Source: an uncultured Bacteroidaceae bacterium
GTDB lineage: Bacteria > Bacillota > Clostridia > Christensenellales > CAG-917
DNA length: 64,000 nucleotides
NCBI GenBank assembly: GCA_964563025.1
Contig: CAZLVK010000005.1
Coordinates: forward strand, 17,468-81,467
Reading direction: 5' to 3'
In this document: positions 9,737 through 20,936 of the stretch, one piece after another
How the letters are laid out: each line of letters opens with the position of its first letter
Numbering within the stretch: position 1 is the stretch's first letter
Program-made: the position numbers and the translations under genes
The notes under the pieces: generated by a model
Told to the model about the DNA's origin: nothing
The model's input: the letters and a program-made list of their open reading frames with translations, nothing else
The model's database searches: none

Positions 9737-10243
9737 ATGAACAAACAAATCATCAGTATTCTCGTCAACAACCAACCCGGCGTACTTTCGCGGATAGCGG
9801 GACTTTTCTCCCGTCGCGGATACAACATTGACGGACTGTCCGTCTGTGCGACCGAGGACGAAAGATATTCGCGCATGACGATAACTGTCGGCGCAACAAC
9901 CGCCACCATCAAACAAATCGTCGCCCAACTCGAAAAACAAGAGGACGTCGTCAAAGTCGTGGACCTCTCGGACGGCGAAGTCGTTTTCCGCGAAATGCTC
10001 ATCGTCAAAATCGCGGTAGACGCATCCCGCAGAGGAGAAATCGTAGACCTTTGCAACCTATTCGGTTCTAAGGCTATCGACATTACCCCCGACACTATGA
10101 TGCTCGAACTCACCGGGAGCACCGAAAAAGTGGACGCTTTCATACTTACGCTCTCGGCATACGAAATCCTCGAACTCGCAAGAACGGGCGGTGCGGCACT
10201 CGAAAAGGGCAACTCCGCACTCTCGAAATCTATAAACGCATAA
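9737..10243 (+). CDS. ilvN: Acetolactate synthase small regulatory subunit
   Basis: VNNQPGVLSRIAGLFSRRGYNI ACT motif; ELARTG. Confidence 0.95.
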   Translation: MNKQIISILVNNQPGVLSRIAGLFSRRGYNIDGLSVCATEDERYSRMTITVGATTATIKQIVAQLEKQEDVVKVVDLSDGEVVFREMLIVKIAVDASRRGEIVDLCNLFGSKAIDITPDTMMLELTGSTEKVDAFILTLSAYEILELARTGGAALEKGNSALSKSINA

Positions 10244-10250
10244 CTACACT

Positions 10251-11762
10251 ATGGACAAAAGAATTATCATTTTCGACACTACCCTTCGCGACGGGGAGCA
10301 ATCTCCCGGTTGCAGTATGCACCTCAGCGAAAAACTCGATATAGCAGAGGCGCTCGAAAAACTCGGCGTCGACGTCATAGAGGCAGGCTTCCCCGCTTCG
10401 TCCGAAGGGGAATTTAAGGCGGTACAAGCAATAGCGAGCGTCCTCAAAAAGACGTCCGTCGCCGCCCTTTGCAGATGCAAAAAAGAGGACATCGACCGCG
10501 CATACGACGCAATTAAGGACGCCGTGAAACCGCGACTTCACGTGTTCATCGCGACTTCTCCCGTACACCTCGAACACAAACTTCATCTTTCCCGCGAGCG
10601 CGCCCTCGAAATGATAGAAGAAAGCACGCGCTACGCTCGTTCCCTTTGCGACGACGTGGAATTTTCCTTCGAGGATGCGTCCCGTACCGACCTCGACTTC
10701 CTTGCAAAAGCGACCGAAACCGCTATCGGCGCGGGTGCAAGCACGATAAATATTCCCGACACCGTCGGCTACCGCACTCCCAAAGAAATGGCAGATACGG
10801 TGTCCTACCTTTTGAACAACGCAAAAGGTGCGAAGGACGCCGTCATCTCGGTGCACTGTCACGACGACCTCGGACTTGCCGTTGCCAATTCCCTTGCCTC
10901 CGTCGAAGCAGGAGCGGGACAAATCGAATGTACCGTCAACGGTATAGGCGAACGCGCGGGCAACGCCGCCATGGAAGAAATCGTCATGGCTCTCAAAACT
11001 CGTCATGACCGCTACGGTGCGATTACGGGAGTCGATACCACCCGCATTTTCCCGACCTCGAAACTCGTATCGTCCGTCATAGGCGTGAAGATTGCGCCCA
11101 ATAAAGCAATCATCGGAGCGAACGCTTTCCGCCATGCGTCGGGCATACACCAACACGGCGTTTTAGAAGACAAATCCACCTACGAAATCATGAACCCGAA
11201 AGACATCGGTTTGACCGAAAACGAACTTCTTCTCGGAAAACACAGCGGTAAACATGCGTTTTTGGATTTAGTCGAAGAAATGGGCTACACCCTGACGCCC
11301 GAACAAACAGAAGCGTTCTTTGCAAAATACAAAGAAATAGCCGACCGCAAAAAAGAGGTCAGCAGAACGGATATAGAGGCACTCCTCGTCGGCACGAAGA
11401 GACGTACCGTCAAGCGTATTTACACTCTTAACGACTACGACGTAACGTCCTATAAAGGCTCCGCGTCCGCCACCGTTTCTCTCGTCGCGGACGGCAAAGT
11501 ACACACCGAAAGAATGACCGGAGACGGTCCCGTCGACGCGGGATTCAAGGCTATCGCGTCCCTCACAGGACAAAACTTCAAACTCGTCGACTATCAAATC
11601 CACTCCGTCACCGAAGGCAAGGACGCACTCGGCGAAGCAATCGTCAAACTCACGAACAAAAACGGCAAAATGCTCACCGGCAAGGGCGTATCCACGGACA
11701 TTCTCGAAGCGTCCCTCATCGCCTACGTCAACGCAACCAATAAACTTTTGCAAGAAGACTGA
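10251..11762 (+). CDS. leuA: 2-isopropylmalate synthase
   Basis: [43 protein letters not shown]; C-terminal regulatory domain. Confidence 0.95.
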   Translation: MDKRIIIFDTTLRDGEQSPGCSMHLSEKLDIAEALEKLGVDVIEAGFPASSEGEFKAVQAIASVLKKTSVAALCRCKKEDIDRAYDAIKDAVKPRLHVFIATSPVHLEHKLHLSRERALEMIEESTRYARSLCDDVEFSFEDASRTDLDFLAKATETAIGAGASTINIPDTVGYRTPKEMADTVSYLLNNAKGAKDAVISVHCHDDLGLAVANSLASVEAGAGQIECTVNGIGERAGNAAMEEIVMALKTRHDRYGAITGVDTTRIFPTSKLVSSVIGVKIAPNKAIIGANAFRHASGIHQHGVLEDKSTYEIMNPKDIGLTENELLLGKHSGKHAFLDLVEEMGYTLTPEQTEAFFAKYKEIADRKKEVSRTDIEALLVGTKRRTVKRIYTLNDYDVTSYKGSASATVSLVADGKVHTERMTGDGPVDAGFKAIASLTGQNFKLVDYQIHSVTEGKDALGEAIVKLTNKNGKMLTGKGVSTDILEASLIAYVNATNKLLQED

Positions 11763-13303
11763 TGAAAATAGAATTTTTAGACACGACTTTAAGAGACGGA
11801 GCGCAAGCGTCGGGAATAAGTTTCTCGGTGCGGGATAAGCACGACGTACTCACTCTCCTCGACAACCTCGGCGTAGACCTCGTCGAAGGCGGGGACCCCT
11901 ATTCAAATCCCAAAGACGCGGAATTTTTCGCAGGAGAAAACAACCGCAAACTCGTAGCGTTCGGCAGTACTCACCGTCCGAGCCTCGACGCAAACAACGA
12001 CGAAGGGCTTTGTTCTCTTCTCAAAGCGAATACGGAGACCGTTTGTATTTTCGGAAAATCGAGCGCGTCCCAAGTCAAAGAAGTCCTTTGCGTTCCCCTC
12101 GAAAAAAACCTCGAAATGATAGGTGCGTCGGTGGCGTTTCTCCGCGGAGCGGGAAAGCGCGTTATTTTCGATGCAGAGCACTTTTTCGACGGCTACAAAG
12201 AGGACAAAACCTATGCGCTGTCCACCCTTTTTGCGGCGTACTCCGCGGGCGCGGACACCATAGTACTATGCGACACCAACGGCAGTTCCTCTCCCTCTTT
12301 CATCGGAGAGGTAACGAAAAAAGTCTCGGACGTCCTCGACGGCGCAAAAATAGGCATTCACGCTCATAACGATTGCGGTATGGCGGTTGCAAACGCAATC
12401 TCCGCGGTTGAAAACGGCGCAACTCACGTGCAGGGTACTTTCCTCGGCTTCGGCGAAAGATGCGGGAACGCAAACCTTTCTACGATAATCGCCAACCTTG
12501 CGCTGAAATTCGGCTACGACTTGAAAGTCAATCTCGAACGTCTCACCCCTACCGCTCACGCTATTGCGGAAATTTGCAATATCAAGCTCGACGCGTCAAT
12601 GCCCTACGTCGGCGCGGCGGCGTTTGCCCATAAAGGCGGTATGCACTCGGATGCGGTCATCAAATCCTCGTCCACTTTTGAACACATCTCCCCCGAAGCG
12701 GTCGGCAACAAGGAGAGAATTATCCTCTCGGAAATGGCGGGACGGAGCGCAGTCGTCAAGAAACTCTCGAAACTCTTCCCCGACCTCGAAAAATCCGATC
12801 CCAAAACCAAAGAAATCCTCGATATGGTGAAAATGCTCGAACTGAAAGGCTATCAGTTTGAAAACGCGGACGGCAGTTTCATTATGCTTGCCGAACGTAT
12901 GATGGGCTCTCGACAGCCGTCCTTCACCCTCGACCACTACAAATTCAGCGCGGTTCAACCCGACGGCAAAAATACGGCGGAAGTCACAATAAAAGTCGGT
13001 GACACGCTAACGACGGCGGTGAAAGACGGGAACGGTCCCGTCAACGCCCTCGACAAAGCACTCCGTTCCGCTCTTATAAAGCACTTCCCCGAAATCGAAA
13101 GCGTAACTCTCGTGGACTACAAAGTCCGTGTCGTCAACTCCTCGTCCGCTACAGGCGCGGTCGTCAGAGTTCTCATAACCTCGACGGATAAGCACGACAC
13201 CTGGACGACGATAGGCGTATCCCCCGACATAATCGAAGCGAGTTGGTCGGCTCTCGTAGACTCATTCGAATACAAGTTGACGGGACAATGCGCGATAGAA
13301 TAG
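11762..13303 (+). CDS. cimA: Citramalate synthase
   Basis: [45 protein letters not shown] and [14 protein letters not shown], typical of clostridial CimA. Confidence 0.88.
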   Translation: MKIEFLDTTLRDGAQASGISFSVRDKHDVLTLLDNLGVDLVEGGDPYSNPKDAEFFAGENNRKLVAFGSTHRPSLDANNDEGLCSLLKANTETVCIFGKSSASQVKEVLCVPLEKNLEMIGASVAFLRGAGKRVIFDAEHFFDGYKEDKTYALSTLFAAYSAGADTIVLCDTNGSSSPSFIGEVTKKVSDVLDGAKIGIHAHNDCGMAVANAISAVENGATHVQGTFLGFGERCGNANLSTIIANLALKFGYDLKVNLERLTPTAHAIAEICNIKLDASMPYVGAAAFAHKGGMHSDAVIKSSSTFEHISPEAVGNKERIILSEMAGRSAVVKKLSKLFPDLEKSDPKTKEILDMVKMLELKGYQFENADGSFIMLAERMMGSRQPSFTLDHYKFSAVQPDGKNTAEVTIKVGDTLTTAVKDGNGPVNALDKALRSALIKHFPEIESVTLVDYKVRVVNSSSATGAVVRVLITSTDKHDTWTTIGVSPDIIEASWSALVDSFEYKLTGQCAIE

Positions 13304-13310
13304 GAGGATT

Positions 13311-14561
13311 ATGGGACTTACCGCAACGCAAAAAATTCTATCCGCACACCTCGGCAAACCGCTGTCTGCCGGAGACCTCGTCACGGCTGACGTCGATCTT
13401 ATCCTCGGCAACGATATTACCACTCCCGTCGCGATAGCGGAACTGAAAAAAGCGGGACTATCCGTCTCCGTACCCGAAAAAGTCGTCCTCGTTCTCGACC
13501 ATTTCGTGCCGTGCAAGGATATAAAATCTGCCGAACAATGCAAAACCGTCAGAGATTTTGCGCGCGAATACGGCATAAATAATCTCTACGACGTAGGTCG
13601 AATGGGCATCGAACACGCGCTTCTCCCCGAACAAGGATTCGTGCGTCCGTCCACGCTCATCGTCGGCGCGGATTCGCATACCTGCACTTACGGCGCACTC
13701 GGTTGTTTTTCGACGGGCGTAGGCTCGACGGATATGGCGGGTGCTATGGCGATAGGCAAAGTATGGTTCAAAGTCCCGACCGCAATAAAAGTCGTCCTCG
13801 AGGGTACTCTCGGCAAGTTCGTAACGGGCAAAGACATAGTCCTCACCCTAATCGGACTTCTCGGCGTGGACGGTGCTACTTACAAATCCCTCGAATTTTT
13901 CGGCAATGTCTCCGCACTTTCTATGGACGATAGGTTCACCGTTGCGAATATGGCAGTGGAATGCGGTGCCAAAAACGCTTTCTTCCCCCTCGACGACGAG
14001 GCAAGTGAATATCTGAAATCCGTAGGCGTCGAAGACTTTTCCGAGACTCTCCCCGACGACGATGCGGAGTACGAGAGGACTATCACCCTCGACCTTAGCA
14101 AAATCACGCCTACCGTTGCATTTCCGCATCTCCCTTCAAATGTCAAGCACTTTGAAAACGACGAAATCGGAGAAATCATAATCGACCAGGTCGTCATAGG
14201 CAGTTGCACCAACGGGCGCATAACGGATATGCGTGCAGCGGCTGAAATCATGAAAGGAAGAAAAGTCGCCGACGGCGTTCGTTGCATAATCATTCCCGCA
14301 ACTATGGACGTATATCGCGAATGTATGAAAGAAGGATTTATCGACGTATTCATCGATGCGGGCGCAGTCGTATCCACTCCGACTTGCGGACCTTGCCTCG
14401 GCGGATATATGGGCATACTCGCAAGCGGTGAGCGTGCCGTCGCAACGACGAATAGAAACTTCGTAGGCAGAATGGGCGACAAAACCTCCGAAGTATACCT
14501 CGCATCTCCCTACGTTGCCGCGGAGAGCGCAATAAAAGGCTATATCGCCCGACCGTACTGA
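13311..14561 (+). CDS. leuC: 3-isopropylmalate dehydratase large subunit
   Basis: [36 protein letters not shown]. Confidence 0.94.
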   Translation: MGLTATQKILSAHLGKPLSAGDLVTADVDLILGNDITTPVAIAELKKAGLSVSVPEKVVLVLDHFVPCKDIKSAEQCKTVRDFAREYGINNLYDVGRMGIEHALLPEQGFVRPSTLIVGADSHTCTYGALGCFSTGVGSTDMAGAMAIGKVWFKVPTAIKVVLEGTLGKFVTGKDIVLTLIGLLGVDGATYKSLEFFGNVSALSMDDRFTVANMAVECGAKNAFFPLDDEASEYLKSVGVEDFSETLPDDDAEYERTITLDLSKITPTVAFPHLPSNVKHFENDEIGEIIIDQVVIGSCTNGRITDMRAAAEIMKGRKVADGVRCIIIPATMDVYRECMKEGFIDVFIDAGAVVSTPTCGPCLGGYMGILASGERAVATTNRNFVGRMGDKTSEVYLASPYVAAESAIKGYIARPY

Positions 14562-14562
14562 T

Positions 14563-15033
14563 ATGGATAAAATCAAGATTTTCAAATACGGCGACGACGT
14601 AAACACCGACGTTATAATCCCCGCAAGATACCTAAACGACGCAAGTGCGGAAAACCTCAAAGCGCACGCCCTCGAAGACCTCGACGAAAACTTCTCGTCC
14701 TCTGTCAAGGACGGGGATATTATCGTTGCGGGAGAAAACTTCGGTTGTGGTTCGTCGAGGGAACACGCACCTCTTGCAATCAAGGCATCGGGAGTGAAAC
14801 TCGTCGTTGCGAAAAGTTTTGCACGCATATTCTATCGCAATGCGATAAACGTAGGACTATATCTCGTCGAAAGCGCAGAAATCGCTGATAATCTACACGA
14901 AAATGATAGTTTAACTATCGATAACGGAATTATACACAATCTTACGACCGGTAAAAATTACACCCTTCCCCCCGTAGACGACTTTGTGAAAACGGTTATA
15001 TCCAAGGGCGGACTTTTGGAGGCAATCAAATGA
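14563..15033 (+). CDS. leuD: 3-isopropylmalate dehydratase small subunit
   Basis: DVNTDVIIPARYL, NFGCGSSREHAP, SFARIFYRN. Confidence 0.95.
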   Translation: MDKIKIFKYGDDVNTDVIIPARYLNDASAENLKAHALEDLDENFSSSVKDGDIIVAGENFGCGSSREHAPLAIKASGVKLVVAKSFARIFYRNAINVGLYLVESAEIADNLHENDSLTIDNGIIHNLTTGKNYTLPPVDDFVKTVISKGGLLEAIK

Positions 15034-16067
15034 AAAAGATCCTGCTGTTGCCGGGAGACGGCATAGGTCCCGAAATAGTGAGTAGCGCAAAAAGGGTGCT
15101 CGAAGCAGTCGGTGATTTTGTCTTTGACACCGCACTCATCGGCGGTATAGCAATAGACGAAACGGGTACTCCGCTCCCCGACGAAACCGTCGCGAAAGCC
15201 AAAAGTTCGGGAGCGGTATTGCTCGGTGCGGTAGGCGGTCCGAAGTGGGATAACTGCCCTCTCCGTCCCGAAAGCGCACTCCTCGGCATCCGCAAAGAGT
15301 TGGGACTTTTTGCAAATTTGCGTCCCGCTAAACTTCGTCGCTCCCTCTCCTCCGCTTCCGTACTTAAACCCGAAATTCTCGAAAAAGGTATAGACCTCGT
15401 CACCGTCCGCGAACTCACCGGCGGTATCTATTTCGGAGAACGCGGATATAGACAAAATCCTACTTTCGGCAGAGAGGCTTTCGACACCGAGGCGTACAGC
15501 GAACTCGAAATCGAAAGAGTCGCAAGAGTCGCATACGAACTCGCCGAAAAACGCAGCCGTCGTCTTTGCCTCGTAGACAAGGCAAACGTGCTTTGTTCGA
15601 GTAGACTATGGCGCAAAATCGTAGCCGACCTCAACGAGGACTATCCGACCGTTTCGGTGAGCACGATGTACGTCGACAACGCCGCCATGCAACTTGCTTT
15701 GAATCCGTCCTCATTCGACGTGATTCTGACCTCGAATATGTTCGGAGATATTCTCACCGACCTCACCGCCGCTCTCGTCGGAAGTATCGGCGTAATGCCG
15801 TCCGCATCCCTCGGAGATACCACTCTCGGAATGTACGAGGCGATCCACGGCTCCGCCCCCGATATTGCGGGACAAAACAAAGCAAATCCCATCGGTACGA
15901 TACTGTCCGCGTCTATGCTTCTCCGCCATTCTTTCGATATGGAGAAAGAAAGCACTTCAATCGAAAACGCCGTAGACCGCGTGCTTGACGACGGTTTAGG
16001 CACTTTGGATATAGGCGGAACGCTCACGACCGACGAACTCACCGACGAAATCATAAAACGATTATAA
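15030..16067 (+). CDS. leuB: 3-isopropylmalate dehydrogenase
   Basis: LPGDGIGPE, VRELTGGIYFG, NMFGDILTD, HGSAPDIAG. Confidence 0.95.
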   Translation: MKKILLLPGDGIGPEIVSSAKRVLEAVGDFVFDTALIGGIAIDETGTPLPDETVAKAKSSGAVLLGAVGGPKWDNCPLRPESALLGIRKELGLFANLRPAKLRRSLSSASVLKPEILEKGIDLVTVRELTGGIYFGERGYRQNPTFGREAFDTEAYSELEIERVARVAYELAEKRSRRLCLVDKANVLCSSRLWRKIVADLNEDYPTVSVSTMYVDNAAMQLALNPSSFDVILTSNMFGDILTDLTAALVGSIGVMPSASLGDTTLGMYEAIHGSAPDIAGQNKANPIGTILSASMLLRHSFDMEKESTSIENAVDRVLDDGLGTLDIGGTLTTDELTDEIIKRL

Positions 16068-16086
16068 CGAAATCGTCGATATAATC

Positions 16087-16114
16087 GAAAAGCCGTCCAG
16101 AAGGACGGCTTTTC
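16087..16114. terminator. Bidirectional intrinsic terminator between leuB and the hydrogenase gene
   Basis: GAAAAGCCGTCC-AGAA-GGACGGCTTTTC hairpin between convergent genes. Confidence 0.85.
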
Positions 16115-16133
16115 TTACGCTTTTTAATTTTGC

Positions 16134-17558
16134 TTACTTTTTGAGCAACGACAAAGCGTCGGTGATGGTTTTTTCGTATGCTTCCATACCGTACTTGTCA
16201 ACGTCCGCCTTGCTCTTCTCGCCGTGCGTCAAGCAACCTGCACCGCCGATGCAACCTCCCGTGCACGCCATACCCTCGATGAAGTTGGCGTCGAGTTTTC
16301 CTTTGCTCTTTTGAAGCAAAGCAAGACGACACGCTTCGATACCGTCGCAAGAAACGGGTTTGACCTCGAAGTCGATACCTTGCTCTTTAAGTCCCTCTGC
16401 GACCGCATCCGAAAGTCCTCCGCAACGCGCGAAGATTCTGCCGAAGTAGGAAGCGTTGTCGAGCACTCCTTCTTCGAGGGTGGTTATGTCTATATCCCTG
16501 CTGTCGAAGAGTGCCTGCAATTCTTCAAACGTCATAGCGACATCCACGTAATGTTTGACTTCTTCCCTTTGAACTTCCGCTTTTTTGGCGGTACAAGGTC
16601 CGATGAAGATAGTCTTGCAAGGCGCTTCGTGCTCCTTGATATACTTCGCGATAGTCGCCATCGGGGAAAGATTGTGGGACACGAACGGCGCGAGGTCGGG
16701 GAAGTTTTTCTCGACGTAATCCACGAATGCGGGACAGCACGAACTGGTCAAAAATCCTTTTTCTGCAAGTTCCTGAGATTCGGCGTGAGCGACCATATCG
16801 GCACCTAAAGCGGCTTCTATGACAGTATAAAACCCGAGTTCTTTCAAACCGGTGATGACTTGACCGAGTTTTGCATAAGTGAATTGGCTCGAAATCGACG
16901 GCGCGACGATAGCGAAAACTTTATACTTCGTGTTGTTCTCGCTCTTCTTCAAATCGTCGATGACGTTGAGGATATACGACTTGTCCGTTATCGCTCCGAA
17001 GGGGCATTGATAAACGCACGCACCGCACGCGATACACTTGCTGTTGTCGATAAGGGCTTGTTTGTCCTCGCCCATACTGATAGCCTTGACCTTACACGCG
17101 GTTTGGCAAGGGCGCTTGTAGTTGTGGATTGCGCTATACGGGCAAACTTTTGCACACGCACCGCATTCCTTGCATTTGGATTTGTCGATATGCGCCACGT
17201 GGTTGTGGTCGAAAGAAATCGCGCCGAATTTGCAAACGTCTTCGCATCTGTGCGCAAGGCAACCTCTGCACGAATTGGTGACTTCGTAACCACCCATAGG
17301 GCACTCGTCGCAAGCAATATCGATGACTTCGATGACGTTGTGATTATCCTTGTTCCCGCCCATAGCGATTTTGACGCGTTCGAGAAGTACCGCTCTTTCC
17401 TTATACACACAGCAACGCATCGTAGGCACTTTGCCGGGGACGATGGTCTTGGGAATATCGATAGCGGATTCGGGCAGACGGTCCGCCCACGCTTCTTTTG
17501 CGACTTCTCTCAAAACTTTATATTTGAGATATTGAACTTTTGTGTCGAATTTTCTCAT
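16134..17558 (-). CDS. [FeFe] hydrogenase, monomeric group B type (HfsD/HydA2-like) with 4Fe-4S ferredoxin domains
   Basis: H-cluster motifs TSSCCPAF, GPCTAKKAE, EGMACTGGCIGG; several CxxCxxCxxxCP ferredoxin motifs. Confidence 0.9.
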   Translation of the reverse strand: MRKFDTKVQYLKYKVLREVAKEAWADRLPESAIDIPKTIVPGKVPTMRCCVYKERAVLLERVKIAMGGNKDNHNVIEVIDIACDECPMGGYEVTNSCRGCLAHRCEDVCKFGAISFDHNHVAHIDKSKCKECGACAKVCPYSAIHNYKRPCQTACKVKAISMGEDKQALIDNSKCIACGACVYQCPFGAITDKSYILNVIDDLKKSENNTKYKVFAIVAPSISSQFTYAKLGQVITGLKELGFYTVIEAALGADMVAHAESQELAEKGFLTSSCCPAFVDYVEKNFPDLAPFVSHNLSPMATIAKYIKEHEAPCKTIFIGPCTAKKAEVQREEVKHYVDVAMTFEELQALFDSRDIDITTLEEGVLDNASYFGRIFARCGGLSDAVAEGLKEQGIDFEVKPVSCDGIEACRLALLQKSKGKLDANFIEGMACTGGCIGGAGCLTHGEKSKADVDKYGMEAYEKTITDALSLLKK

Positions 17559-17560
17559 GA

Positions 17561-18733
17561 TTAGAAATAACTCACCTTTATTCTTTTACCCATTTGTTGC
17601 AAGCACTTTGAAAGTTCTTCAACGAGGTTCATTTTTATATTGAAGTTTATAGGCAAATCCGGGTTTTGGTGCGCGGGGTTGATTGCGCGACCGACGTAGA
17701 AATTGATGTCCGTTGCCTCTTCGAACAGCAATCTGCAAATAAGACTTGCCCCGTCCCGACCGACGCTCCACTTTTCGTAAAGTTCGTTCTGATTCAAGGC
17801 GTCCTTTGCGTATTCGAGAACCTTATTGATGGTGATGACGCCCTCTGTGACGAGGTCCACACCCTCGATTTCCGCCGTAGGCGGAACATCCCCCGCTATA
17901 TAGTTAAGGCTTGCCTTGACGGGCTTGCCCAGATATTTCGATACGATAGACGACGTAGTGCCGCCGCACACGATATGTTTGCCCTCTTTCGAGAAGAAGA
18001 GCGCCATCATTCTGTTTGCGTCGTCGCGGTTTGCGGGCGGCCCGAACAAAATGTTCATAGGAACGCGCTGTCTGACTTTAATCACGCAAGCGGTTGCATC
18101 GTCGCCGGGTTTTCCGCCGTAAAGTTTATTGCACTCGTCCACGAGAATGGTGGAATAAGTCTTTGCGGTGTAACCGACGGGCGCGATTGTTTCGAGAAAG
18201 TCGATAATATCCTCCCTCTTCCAACCGAAGTTGTATTGTATCCCTATGCCCGCGTGAGGACAACCGTCGCTCATCGCAACGAAAACGTCCCCCTCTTTGA
18301 GTTTCACGACGGATTTGAAAATCTTCTTCCCGCCGATGTTCATCTCGATTTTGGGATAATCGTAGTTTTTATAATCGCGAAGCAAGATAACTTGCGGATT
18401 ATCGTATTGTATGATTTCTGCCTCACTGTTGTCAACTATATGAATGATAGTGAAGGTAGAATATGCAACTCCTCTCACCGAACAAATGGGCAAAGTCGCC
18501 GCAATCGTTTCGACGCAGTCCTCGATAGACAACCCTTCGGACATCATAGTGGATATGATTTTCGAGGTGAGAGTGGACAGAATGCTCGCTTTCACGCCGC
18601 TTCCGAGTCCGTCCGCAAGCACGACGACCGTCGAATTTTCGTTTTGTTCGACTATATCGACGTGGTCGCCGCACAACTGCTCTCCGAAGTGATTTATGCT
18701 TTTATAGCCTATATCGACACACAAATCATTCAT
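17561..18733 (-). CDS. SpoIIE/PP2C-family Ser/Thr phosphatase (HfsC-like)
   Basis: CGDH, LADGLGSGVKA, MSDG, GDDAT PP2C motifs. Confidence 0.88.
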   Translation of the reverse strand: MNDLCVDIGYKSINHFGEQLCGDHVDIVEQNENSTVVVLADGLGSGVKASILSTLTSKIISTMMSEGLSIEDCVETIAATLPICSVRGVAYSTFTIIHIVDNSEAEIIQYDNPQVILLRDYKNYDYPKIEMNIGGKKIFKSVVKLKEGDVFVAMSDGCPHAGIGIQYNFGWKREDIIDFLETIAPVGYTAKTYSTILVDECNKLYGGKPGDDATACVIKVRQRVPMNILFGPPANRDDANRMMALFFSKEGKHIVCGGTTSSIVSKYLGKPVKASLNYIAGDVPPTAEIEGVDLVTEGVITINKVLEYAKDALNQNELYEKWSVGRDGASLICRLLFEEATDINFYVGRAINPAHQNPDLPINFNIKMNLVEELSKCLQQMGKRIKVSYF

Positions 18734-20402
18734 TGTTTATAGACTCCTTGAGTTTGGTGAGTGCGATTTTGGTTTCTGCCGCCGTTTCGCCGAGCAGGGA
18801 CGCGATTTCTTGAACGATACGCATTTGCTTGTCCACGACCTTATCCGCGATTTCCACGGTTTGACGGCTAATATTTTCCTTCTTTTCCTTTTCGGATTCC
18901 TCGTCGGTGACGTCGCGCATTATGCAGATAAGCAGATGATAAGTCGAGTCGTAAACGATGGTTTGCTCCACGAACTTCTGATATTCCGCAAGGTATTTGC
19001 GCTTATTCTTCACGCTACGCTTGGATTGAAGCACGTTGATGAACGGAAGAGGTTCGAGAATGCGTACGACGGGTTCTCCGAGTACGTCGGAGGAGGAGCG
19101 TACGTTCATAATCTTCTTCGCCGCGGAGTTGATTTGTTGTACTTCGAGGTTTTCGTTGAGGACGATAATGCCGTTGGGGGTATTCTTGACTATGCAATCC
19201 GAGAAACTCTCAGCCTTATCTTTGAGGTAAGGCAAGCACATAGTGATTTCCGCTTTGCCTTGGAGGACTGCGATTGCCTTTTCACGGCAAGTATTATATC
19301 CGCAAGAACCGCAGTTGAGTTCGTCTTCGGGTTTGGTTTTGCCCATTTCGCGGAGGACTTGCGCGATTTCGTATTCGGTAGGCACTTCCGCTCGTTGGGA
19401 GATGACGCCGAATTGTTTTTTGACCTCGACGGGATCGGGTTGCACGACGTCGAAGTCCCTATCCCCCGCATAGTTTGCAACGGACATATAGTCCTTGACG
19501 GGAGAGCGGTGATATTTTTCCATAACAGGACCGTTTATGCAACCGCCCGCGCAAGCGTTCATTTCGATGAAACAGTGATGAATGTGTCCTCTCTCTATGT
19601 CTTTGAGAGCGGAGATGCAGTTTTCGGCGCCGTCCACTGCCATATAAGTGTAACCGCGAATATCCTGCGCCATAGTTTTCAGCACACCACCCGCGGTCGG
19701 GAAAAATCTTGCGCGACTTCTTGCGGTTTCGTCCATATCGGGAACGAGTTCGACACGGCTCTCGGCGAGCCACTTCGTGAGTTCTTCAAAAGTCAAAACC
19801 GCGTCCACCATTCCTTCATAGAAGGAAGCCTCGTCCTTTTTCGCTACGCAAGGTCCGATGAATACGACTTTCGCCTCGGGGTTTTGCTTTTTGATTTCGC
19901 ACGCGTGCGCCTGCATAGGAGACATTACGTCCGCAAGAAATTGTAGTTCGTTCGGGAAGTATTTCTGTATGAGGAGATTAACAGAGTGACAGCACGAAGA
20001 AATGATAATATCTCTGCCGTCCTCGCGTAACATTCTTTCGTATTCGTTCTTGACGATAGTGGCTCCGATTGCCGTCTCTTCCACGTCGAAGAAACCGAGT
20101 TTTTTGAGCGCGACTCTCATACCCTTTATGCCGATACCCTCGTAGTTTGCGATAAACGACGGGGCAAGGGACACGTAGACGGGCGCACCCGACTGGATGA
20201 GGACTTTCGCTTTCTCGACTTCGCTGGTGATTTCCTTGGCGTTTTGCGGGCATACTACGAAGCAATGACCGCACAAAATGCACTCGTTGCCGATGATATG
20301 CGCCTGATTTCCCGAAAATCTGATTGCCTTCACGGGACAATGGCGAATACATTTGTGGCAGTTTTTACAGTTTGATTTTTTCAGAGTCAAACAATCGGAC
20401 AT
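18726..20402 (-). CDS. Sensory [FeFe] hydrogenase with C-terminal PAS domain (group C, HydS/HfsB-like)
   Basis: N-terminal 2x[4Fe-4S]; divergent H-cluster motifs SSCCHS, GPCVAKKDE, EMNACAGGC; FeS motif NCGSCGYNTC; PAS segment NTPNGIIVLNENLEVQQIN. Confidence 0.9.
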   Translation of the reverse strand: MSDCLTLKKSNCKNCHKCIRHCPVKAIRFSGNQAHIIGNECILCGHCFVVCPQNAKEITSEVEKAKVLIQSGAPVYVSLAPSFIANYEGIGIKGMRVALKKLGFFDVEETAIGATIVKNEYERMLREDGRDIIISSCCHSVNLLIQKYFPNELQFLADVMSPMQAHACEIKKQNPEAKVVFIGPCVAKKDEASFYEGMVDAVLTFEELTKWLAESRVELVPDMDETARSRARFFPTAGGVLKTMAQDIRGYTYMAVDGAENCISALKDIERGHIHHCFIEMNACAGGCINGPVMEKYHRSPVKDYMSVANYAGDRDFDVVQPDPVEVKKQFGVISQRAEVPTEYEIAQVLREMGKTKPEDELNCGSCGYNTCREKAIAVLQGKAEITMCLPYLKDKAESFSDCIVKNTPNGIIVLNENLEVQQINSAAKKIMNVRSSSDVLGEPVVRILEPLPFINVLQSKRSVKNKRKYLAEYQKFVEQTIVYDSTYHLLICIMRDVTDEESEKEKKENISRQTVEIADKVVDKQMRIVQEIASLLGETAAETKIALTKLKESINNE

Positions 20403-20406
20403 CTAT

Positions 20407-20673
20407 TTATTCTCCTCTGTCCGCTTTCACCGCGGACATGATTTTATCGTTCCAAAACTCTTTGAAGTTTTCGGTGGTTATACCCGTATGAACCTCGTCG
20501 TTCACGGTGACGGTGACTCCGACGCGGTTGCATTGACCGGTGCAAAAGTTGCCCATAAGAGCGACGTCGTCTCCGAGACCGTTCGCCTCCACGTAGTTTT
20601 GGAGGAGGTTCACGATTTCGGGAGAGCCTTTCAAGTGGCAGGAACTGCCTACGCACACTTGCACGATAACCAT
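20407..20673 (-). CDS. Thioredoxin-like [2Fe-2S] ferredoxin (HfsA/NuoE-like), copy 2
   Basis: VCVGSSCHLKGS...FCTGQC. Confidence 0.85.
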   Translation of the reverse strand: MVIVQVCVGSSCHLKGSPEIVNLLQNYVEANGLGDDVALMGNFCTGQCNRVGVTVTVNDEVHTGITTENFKEFWNDKIMSAVKADRGE

Positions 20674-20674
20674 A

Positions 20675-20917
20675 TTACGCCCTCGAAAGCACTTCTTTCT
20701 CGAAGAAATCCTTCACGGTATCATGCGACACCGAAAACAATTCGTCGTTCACCGTAACGCAAACGCCTTGTTGGCACTTGCCCATACAAAACGTTCCGCC
20801 GAGTTCGACTTTATCGCCGAGATTATTCTGCGCGATGAGGTATTGAAGTTGTTCGACGACTTGGCGCGAACCTTTGATATGGCAAGAACTGCCGATACAT
20901 ACCGTAACTTTAATCAT
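20675..20917 (-). CDS. Thioredoxin-like [2Fe-2S] ferredoxin (HfsA/NuoE-like), copy 1
   Basis: VCIGSSCHIKGS...FCMGKC. Confidence 0.85.
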   Translation of the reverse strand: MIKVTVCIGSSCHIKGSRQVVEQLQYLIAQNNLGDKVELGGTFCMGKCQQGVCVTVNDELFSVSHDTVKDFFEKEVLSRA

Positions 20918-20936
20918 AATTTTCTCTCCTTATCGT

